Assembly (NCBI GenBank): GCA_002269645.1
Contig: NIVC01004921.1
Coordinates: forward strand, 1-31,368
Direction: 5' to 3'
DNA: 31,368 nt
Source: Macrostomum lignano
Lineage: Eukaryota
Under the pieces are notes generated by a model, which worked only from the letters and a program-made list of their open reading frames with translations, did no database searches and was not told where the DNA came from. Each line of letters starts with the position of its first letter. Position 1 is the first letter of the stretch. Below, one piece after another: positions 22,920-31,368 of this stretch. The position numbers were made by a program, and so were the translations under genes.

Positions 22920-22945
<26 letters not shown>
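22920..22945. repeat. (AG)n microsatellite
   Basis: About 13 AG units. Confidence 0.9.
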
Positions 22946-22951
<6 letters not shown>

Positions 22952-24569
22952 AGTGCATGTCGAGATACGGAATTTGAGCGGTGACTCATTTTTCAGTCTT
23001 CTTCTACTAAGTCTTGCTCGCCAGTTCTCTGTGACAGTCAAACGCGCAGTAAAGAAGAGAGAAAAAGTGAGATCTAACTCTAGAGAGCAGTTAGCTGAGC
23101 AGTCACGCGCCTACTAAACTCAACTAATAAATAGTCTCACTAAGCTTAACTTTTCCCTGTAGCACATGAAAAATATACTGCACAGGAAAGGAATTCACAG
23201 TACTGGAAAAATTTGTATCGATAAATCGATGAGGCTACCCAGGAAAGAGTAGAGAAAGTAAAAGTGCTGCAGCACACAGTTTTACAATTTACTACTCTGG
23301 CTAAATTGATGAAAAACTCAAGGCAGAAGACAGAAACAGAGAGAGAGTGAGAACAGATATAAAAGTGCTTAAATAGACTGACGCTCGGCAGAAATTGGGA
23401 TTTGGGAGAGGGGCGCCAGCAGCTGCACCGCGGGGGGGACAGATGGGGTGGAGCCGACGGTCGTATCAATAAAAAATTCAGCCAGGCACCGCTTGGGTGC
23501 CGGAGTACTTCTCCCTTTTCCAATCTTTCCAAGCCAGCAGCCTAAATAGAAGGCCTCCTGGCTGGAGAGGAAAGGCAAGCTCTTTAGCTGAGCGCAGACT
23601 CTCAAGTGGCGAGGCTCCATCTAGTTAACTAGCTGATAGAATGCGAAATGATATATAGCATAGAATTTTACTAAGTTAGGGAAGTTATCGACAAATGAGC
23701 AGGACTGTATTCAGAAAATTTCATCACCGCAATGGAGAGGGCTAACAAAATGCAATCAAAGCTCCTAAGGTATAATTTATGCTTAATGGTAAATCCAAGC
23801 AAAAAATCCTGTTCAACATTGCATTGCATCCATACCATACCACATAAAACTAGGGTGGGACCTACAAGTAATAGGTAATAATAGCAAAATGCACATATTG
23901 CTACTGTAAGTAGAGTGGATTTAATTAATAGTTCACATTAACATGAAGTATTACTACTCTCCAGTACATTGATGCTTATAACCTACACATGAATGCAAAT
24001 TAAAACTCTGATAGTTGATTGGTTGACAAAAATTAGAAAAAATGTAGTAAAGTAACAAAAACTATAAAAAAATCAATTAAAAACTCTATAGTAGTATATA
24101 TATATATATATATCCATTCTCATAAAAATCTCATTTCAAGTATTGCACTTTCTTATATACCCAAAAAGTTATTATAGACAATATAATTGCTTCCTATTAT
24201 ACTACAATAAATATATCATATAAAACTAAGCTCAGTATTGCTATAAACCATATTAAATTTAATATCATAAAATTAAATAAACCGAAATTCTAAAATAAGC
24301 AAATATTAAGTTTAGATATCTACCTTAAAGGTCAGCCCTTTATGGGTATGAATAGCTTAGTCCATAGCCATTTTTTTTCATAACCCTAATTTACTATGTA
24401 TATACATAAAACAAACTAAGTAAGTCTAAGTAGTATCTACCTTATATGCAACTAACCTTGCATCCTTATTAATATAGCCAACATAAATTATGATAGATCA
24501 AGGATAGGATAATTTGCAAAATAAGCAACTTTCTTGGCATTTTTGAAATTAATTAAAGTTAATTATCAC

Positions 24570-25767
24570 CAATGTTGGGCACCAGTCCATTAATAAGCAT
24601 TAATAAGCATTAAGATTTTTATTAACATTAACAGACTGCCATTAAGATTTTTTTGAACTAATGGATTAACAAATTTGTGTTAATAATTTTGTGAGTTAAT
24701 GACAAATATATTGTTAACATTAATGGCAATGTCAATGACCAAAGACACGAAGAAAGAACAAAAATATAAGTCTGAAAAGAAAATACAACATTACAAATAT
24801 ATTAGAATTTACCTAAATACCTAATTAATCTCTTTGTTTATGACAAATGATCATGCAAATGTAACAACTTCTTACTAAAGAACTTTAATAATGAAAATTT
24901 AAATTGTGAACTTTATTACTTGTGTGTGAGCATTGATTGCTTTGATTCATTTCTTTCCCAATCTTTTATAACTTTCTGCTATACCTGCTAATGCTATTGA
25001 AACAACCTTCTTATTTGTATCTTATTATTAACTAATTATGAAGTTGGTTGCTGAAATTTTTGAGGTTGCAAAATTTTGAGCATATGAAGTTTTGGGTTTG
25101 TGAAAATGGCTGCTAATATGGTTTTTAAGGTTGTGAATTTCGAGCTTATGAAATTTCAAGCTTATGAAAGTAACTGGTTTCGAGGTTGTGAAATTTTGAG
25201 CTTGTGAAAGCAACCCATGCAAATGTAACAACTTCTTACTAAAGAACTTTAATAATTAAAATTAAAATTTTGAACTTTATTGCTTATGTGTCAGCATTGA
25301 TTACTTTGATTTACTTATTTCCCAATCTTTTATAACTTTCTGCTGCACCTGCTAATGCTATTGAAACAACCCTCTTATTTGTATCTTATTATTAACTAAT
25401 TAGATTTCAAGTTTCAAATAAATAAGTTACTTCTTTTATCCCATGCTTACTTTTAGTAGTATTATACACACAAGTTTTTAAAATGATTATTTATTACTTT
25501 TTAGCTTGTAAATTGCTTAGATAACATTTGTGTTTTGCTAAAAAATGGAAAAGCAAAGACAGTGCATTGAAGTCTGTTTTTTAAAAAGTGTAAGATTTCT
25601 ATTTTTTGTATGTTAACTTTAATGGATTAATGCTTGTTTATGATTATCAATTAACATTGGGTTAACTTAACAAAATTAAAGTTTAAAAGTTAAGATTTTT
25701 CTGCTTTAACACTAATGCTTTTGCCATTAACAGAAGTTAAGATTTTCATTAATGGTGCCCAACACTG
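24570..25767. mobile_element. hAT-like non-autonomous DNA transposon (MITE), ~1.2 kb
   Basis: 15 bp TIRs CAATGTTGGGCACCA / TGGTGCCCAACACTG (14/15 match); 8 bp TSD ATTATCAC (24562-24569) / ATTATCAA (25768-25775); many subterminal ATTAA motifs; second copy at 31102. Confidence 0.85.
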
Positions 25768-26579
25768 ATTATCAATATAGTTATAGAGGATTTGCCTGTA
25801 TAATATATCTAAAAGTAGCACTTATTATCTTATATGCATAACTTTTTGGATTCTATTTAATCTATTCTAAAATTAAAAAACAATAATTTTAAATACCAAA
25901 TTTATACATTTTTTTCAAATTGAAAATCAAACCCAATTGGAAAGTGACCTATTTATGAATGGCCATCTAGCATGCCAGAGAGGCTGAAAGGTGGCATGTC
26001 AGAGGCTAAGGGGTGGCATGCCAGAAGGGTGGCACACTAGAGGGATAGTGTATACTTGAAGAGAGGCCTGCAGAAGTGGAAGCATATCAAAGAGTTAATA
26101 GGCTTATACTGTCCTAATGTGTATATGAATGTGTGATGCTTGGTCCATATCTGCAAACTTTGAGAATTTATTCCAATAGGGAAATCAAAGTGATAACTTA
26201 CTATATTTTAGTTTAAAGACAGAATTCTTTAAAGTCTTTTTACTAGTATTCCTTAATACTAGTTAGTTAGGTTCTATTAGTCAAAGGACACTTGTTCATG
26301 TTTTAAAAAATAGAATAGACAAGCTGTTGAAACCTGCGGATTTTGAACCCAGGGAATTATAATCCCCGGAACTATTTTTGCCTGTGTTCTAAAGTCTAAA
26401 GTCATACACAAACAAAAACTTGTTAATAGTTAGAGGTTAATAGATTTGTCAATGAATGGAGGTAAATATAGAATAGAGTAAATTCGCATAAAATTAAGAT
26501 TTAAGGCAAGCATTGATCTTGTTGGCTAGGTTAGCTGGCAGAATATCAGGCAATGTCTGTCTAAAATGTATTGAAAAAC

Positions 26580-26755
26580 TCTGACCTCTGCCTCTGCCTC
26601 TCTACATCCCTTGGATCCTTCGAAACTTCTATCTTTGCTTCTGTTTCCTCTCTTCTCTATCGTCTTTTGTCTCTCTTGTCATCTCTTCTCTTCTTTTCAC
26701 TCTCTTCTCTCCTCTTCTCTTGTCTCTTCCCTCTCCTCTCTCTTCTCTCTCCTTT
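26580..26755. repeat. CT-rich low-complexity polypyrimidine tract
   Basis: Imperfect (CT/CTT)n; explains the Leu/Ser/Phe-rich ORFs. Confidence 0.85.
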
Positions 26756-27129
26756 TAATTGCTGGAAAAATAGAAAATTTACTTTCAAGTTTTCAATAAC
26801 ATATGTAGTGTACACAACACAGACTTAATAGTTCACAATCAGTTCACAAAATAACCACACAACAAAATCATATTCACATGTTGCTCAATTTGATTATCAG
26901 ATTAGGCTATTCCTTTTCATAATACATATTTCATCAACAAATCGTGATTTGTGATTTGTAATTAGTAATTTATGGTTGAATAGATACAAATTTTGCATAG
27001 AAATAGTTTTATTATTTATAATGTGCGATATAACATACAAAAATATAAAAAAGAAGCAAAAAACCGGATTGAAACTGGACCAAAAAATGGGTTTTTGGTC
27101 CAAAAAACAGGAAACAGGCTAACCGAAAT

Positions 27130-27700
27130 TGGCATTCCTATTCTCAATTGCCCCCCTCAGCCATAAGCTGGATTCTTTTCTGGCCTTTGAGTAAAAGTCT
27201 GCCCATTCTGCTTGGAAAGCCAGTTTGTGGAACATAGCTTGTAGTACTCTCATGGCTGTTCTCATGCTTTGATCATGTCATCTTTCTTGCCAATTTGCAA
27301 GCACTGAAAATAATATGTGTATCTTCAGCTCCACTGCAGTCTGCATCAGTCTAACAACCAAGGAAATACACATTTCTTAGGAGGCCATTTAAATTTTTAA
27401 GTACTTTAAGAGAAACCTTAAATTTCCATGGTGTGACTAATTTAGTAGGGTTGTATTGCATTGCATTCCCTTTTCATAAATATTTCGCTTTTACAAACCA
27501 TGCTGGATTACCTTGATTTCCCATCCACTGTTAAACTGCTGCAGAGTTTGTTTATACAGAGCGGACAGAGGACAGTGGTTAGAATTTCTTACTAAACTGT
27601 TATAGATGGCTAAATGTAGCCTCTCCATGGGGTGCAGAGAAGGCCATAAACAAAGCTATTCCAAAACACTGTACATTGCCATGTACATTCAGCCCTATTG
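27130..27700 (-). mobile_element. Probable decayed non-LTR retrotransposon (LINE ORF2 C-terminal region)
   Basis: Manual minus-strand translation gives stop- and frameshift-broken protein-like text (LWPSLHPMERLHLAIYNSL..., HHGNLRFLLK...) and a CCHC-like remnant (CRL/CSGAEDTHIIFSACKLARK) typical of LINE C-termini. Not confirmed by search. Confidence 0.4.
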
Positions 27701-28195
27701 CCTGACCCTTGGTCTGGCTCTGGGGAATGAGTGAGTGGCACAAACAACAGAAAAAGCAGACAAAATTCACATGCTTACAGTTTCTGTTCTAAATGAGTTA
27801 CAGAGTTGAAACTTTACATTTAGATAGAAATGAGTCAATGAAGAATTGTTCAAGTTTAAAGTCAATCACTTCACGTGAAGCAAACTTATGGCAGCTGAAA
27901 GTTAGTCAATTCTGAAACCCCTTTTACACATCTGGGCCCAGATTGGGAAAGAGAGGCAGGCAGGCGGAGGTTGGGATGGCTGCCTCGCTGAAAAAACAGC
28001 CTAACTTTAAAAGTGCACAGCACCATTCAAGATTACCTTTGAGACTCGAAATTTTATATGATTGTGCCAAAATAGTTGAAGATTGTCTGTCAAATTTGAA
28101 GAGAATCTGTAGAAGTGGAGCAGCACTATGGAGGATAGTGAAAAAATTGTACATTTTAATAAGTTTTTTGTACTTTTAGGTAGGAAGACTTAAGT

Positions 28196-28360
28196 CTAGG
28201 AAATTTAAAGCCAAAAGTGGCCTAAGACATTCTCCATAGTAAGTTTAGGGTGGGTATAAAGTTTGGTGTAATTTGGTTGAGCAGTTTGGGAGTCCATAGC
28301 GATCAAAATTGTCCACAGACACACACACACACAGACAGAGTTTTGATTTTTATATGTAGA
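28196..28360 (-). mobile_element. Small Helitron-like element or fragment
   Basis: Minus-strand 5' end TCTACATATAAAAATCAAAACTCTGTCTG(TG)n...CTCCCAAACTGCTCAACCAAATT resembles the E1/E2 core. The left end has CTAG (28196-28199) and a GCCA-AAAG-TGGC hairpin. Flanks are not the canonical A|T. Confidence 0.45.
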
Positions 28361-29718
28361 AATATCTACATTATTATATATCCAGGTTAATTTTAAGGTG
28401 ATTATCTTAAGAGGCCAAGATAAAGACTAAGCACACTTGAACATAGGACTATAGCCTTTTATATAGGACAAAAAATCTTTGAATATGACAAACTATACTT
28501 CTAGCAATTATATAGATTTGGATAATAGCAATTGCTAACAAAATTAAAAGACTTCACTACCTAGTATGACCCCTAAAAGACTAAATTATTACAAACTAAA
28601 TATACTAAATATATCTATCTTGCATTTGCATAAACTATTTTTAGTACTAGTCTTTGCATGATTTTCATTTATACCTTATTTCTTTTTTATTAATATACAT
28701 TTTTAGTTTATCCTACTTCAATTACTTTTTGTATCTATGCTAACCTTTACTTCAAGTTAGCTTTTTTTCTTGCCACAACTTTTATAATTGTATATTTTAA
28801 AACTTAAATAATGACCTATCTTATTACAATATAAAGAATCCTTTAAATAGTTTCAAATACATATAAAACATTGCTTTTTTCATTATTTTAGCAAATTATA
28901 TTAATTACATTATATTATATTACTACTTATTATAAATATTTATTTTATACTTTTTCTAATTTATTATTTGTTACTAATAGTATAACGAATATTAACTTTG
29001 GTATTACTTCAATAAACCTCAAAAAATAAGCCATGATTAGCCAAAAAGTAGCTTTGTTTAAGTTAACTGATATTATTATTTATGTACTAAGAAGAACCAA
29101 ACTAGGTAATTTATAAATGACAGTAAAACAAAGTCAAAGAAAGGATTCCAAATATGTAAAAGTGCTAAATACAAAATAAATAATAAATATTAAGAAATCA
29201 ATATTTGAATTTTCTGTCATATGAATTGCAATCAAAACTACATTTAGCATTATTGATAGATTTATATTTATTTAACTAAGTCTTCATAGCATGCTTGCTG
29301 AGTGCAGCCTTAAATTTGTATATACAAGATATAGCAAATTCATATAATTAGATTGATTGGATTTTTGAAATTAGGAAACATGCCAATTAACAAAATTGAT
29401 ATTACTTTTATTAGTGAATATTGAATAGTTTGTAAAATATTTATTATATTGGTTATAGGATTACTTTTATATTATCATTTTTGCATCATAAACTGGAGCA
29501 CCAAAATGCTAAGCACCAAAAAAGCATGGAAACCCTGATTAACTGGCTGACCCCTAGTCTGGTATGCTAGTGTAGTCTAACTCGGAGGAAAAGGGGCATC
29601 CAAAATAGTTTAGACCTTTGCTACAATAAAATTATAGTCAAATTATTAAAAACTTTATAACTTAACTGATATATTTATAAATACAATATTAATCAATATC
29701 CATACACATGTATAATGT

Positions 29719-30015
29719 GGTAATGGCTAGAGTTCCGGCACCAGAACCCATTTTCTAACAGGTAGGGATCCGGCAGTGCCGTATAGAAGGATATAAAGAC
29801 TATTAAGAGCATATCTTAAGAAGTCTGAATATTAGAAGTATCTTGTCTCAAATCTTATCATATTGTCTTAAATTTTAATCTAGAACAAAATCTCAATATC
29901 AGCCACCAGTAGAAAGAAAAATATAATGTTCTATCTATATTATAATGGCACTGCCGGATCCGTAGCCATTAGGCATTAGAAAATGGGTTCTGGTGCCAGA
30001 ACTCTAGCTATTGCC
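29719..30015. mobile_element. Mutator/foldback-like MITE (~300 bp)
   Basis: About 40 bp TIRs (GGTAATGGCTAGAGTTCCGGCACCAGAACCCATTTTCTAA vs TTAGAAAATGGGTTCTGGTGCCAGAACTCTAGCTATTGCC), a second inner IR GGATCCGGCAGTGCC (29766-29780 / 29947-29961), and a 9 bp TSD GTATAATGT / ATATAATGT. Confidence 0.8.
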
Positions 30016-30909
30016 ATATAATGTACTATAGTGACATATGTAATTCTGTACAATTCAGATGAGTCTTACTATTAGATACATCAAAAAACAAAGAAGGATT
30101 GAAAGCAACATAAATGGAAACTATAAAAATAGTTTTATTGAATTGCAGTTTTATATATTCATAATTATTCTTTTCTAATGAGTGACGCACCAAGCTGAAG
30201 GCTCTGTAAATGGTGAAGCTGAAGGCTCTTGTTCACACCACCATCTAAAACAAAACCAAAGTTGTGATTAGGTCAACAAACAAAATACATAAATCTACCA
30301 CAGAATGTTTACAGCGAAATCAAATATTATGTAGATAATAAAATATGAGTTTTTAGAGAAATCCACAAAAACATATATACAGTAAAAGCTAGCTACAAAA
30401 TAAAAAAGTTATAGTATTATTATACTATACTATTACTATCCAGTTATATATGACATAGAATAAGACAACAGATGCGTAATAGGCATAAATTCTGATTTAA
30501 CACATAGAAATGTTAAAGAATTCACAAACCTTACCGTAGCTTTCCTATGTAATTCCCTGAAACTAGGCCATTTTAAAAATGTCAAGTATTTTCTTGACAA
30601 AAGAATTTGTGCTTTTATATTTTTAACAAATTCTAACATTACCACAAAAGCTTGACTAATGCCAAACAATAACTATATTAGGAATAGAAGTAAAATGAAA
30701 TTTAAAACGTAAATTAGCAACAAAATTATTATTAGTAACTACGATCCAGGAAGAAGAATATTTTTTAAATTACCATTACTACCTACGATCAGGTTCGAAG
30801 GGCGATTCACATTGTTGAACGTTTTCGCGTGGATTTTCCATACGTTCGAAAAACTACTGGCCAGTATTGTTTTTTTCCCAGGAAAAATCTAGCACAAAGG
30901 CTGCAGATA

Positions 30910-30967
30910 ATGAAAAGCATAGTTGTTTTGCTTTTAGCTGCCTTAATTTTTGATTATTCAGAAGCAG
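30910..30967 (+). CDS. Signal-peptide exon of an unidentified secreted protein; gene continues beyond the window
   Basis: ATG...MKSIVVLLLAALIFDYSEA(G) then a phase-1 donor AG|GTATGT; upstream acceptor TTGTTTTTTTCCCAG|G at 30881/30882. Confidence 0.6.
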
Positions 30968-31101
30968 GTATGTTTGCTGGTCTGATAATTTGCTTTTAAT
31001 TTAAATTATAGTAGTTAGTTGATAGGTAATGGCAATGCTAAGTTTTTAATGTTAAGCTTAAGCTAGTGATATAGCATGTCCTAATTTTTAGTTAATATAT
31101 A

Positions 31102-31368
31102 CAGTGTTGGGCACCAGTCCATTAATAAGCATTAATAAGCATTAAGATTTTTTATTAATGTTAACAGACTGCCATTAAGATTTTTTTGAACTAACAGATT
31201 AACAAATTTACATTAATAATTTTGTGAGTTAATGACAAATTCATCGTTAACATTAATGGCAATGTCAATGACCAAAGACACAAAGAAAAAACAAGAATAT
31301 GTCTGACAAGATGTTATATTATAACATTACAAATGTTTTTGAATTTACCTAAATGCCTTATTCATCTT
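31102..31368 (+). mobile_element. Second copy of the hAT-like MITE (left end, truncated by the window)
   Basis: Starts CAGTGTTGGGCACCAGTCCATTAATAAGCATTAATAAGC and aligns with 24570-24840. Confidence 0.88.

Noticed and set aside
20716-23640. Assorted 60-200 aa ORFs between the LDLa gene and the AT-rich region
   Set aside because: They have no recognisable domains, overlap on both strands, and some are driven by microsatellites; they cannot be supported as genes.

Overview
Eukaryotic (animal) genomic DNA; there are no prokaryotic operons or CRISPR arrays. GC-rich exons full of poly-Ala/Gln/Gly, dense 15-34 bp minisatellites and TTAGGG repeats resemble a flatworm such as Macrostomum (inference only). 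Three gene pieces are supported: a C2H2 zinc-finger transcription factor exon (1442-2593, minus), a two-exon secreted LDLa-domain, probably GPI-anchored protein gene (19182-20482, minus; exon phases do not match) and a lone signal-peptide exon (30910-30967, plus). About 11 kb of the first 22 kb is tandem repeat, in 11 arrays of 10 unit types. The main result is that much of this repeat sits inside two abutting, head-to-tail non-autonomous Helitron-like elements (4706-9595 and 9596-~14717, minus strand, junction CTAG|TC). They share a ~0.5 kb 5' core followed by a tRNA-derived A-box/B-box module with a T-run, but carry different minisatellite payloads. A third related 5' end, in the opposite orientation at 16584, precedes another minisatellite. 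After ~23.6 kb the DNA turns AT-rich, with hAT- and Mutator-like MITEs, a probable LINE relic and a small Helitron-like element. Most ORFs in the supplied track are repeat or antisense artefacts.
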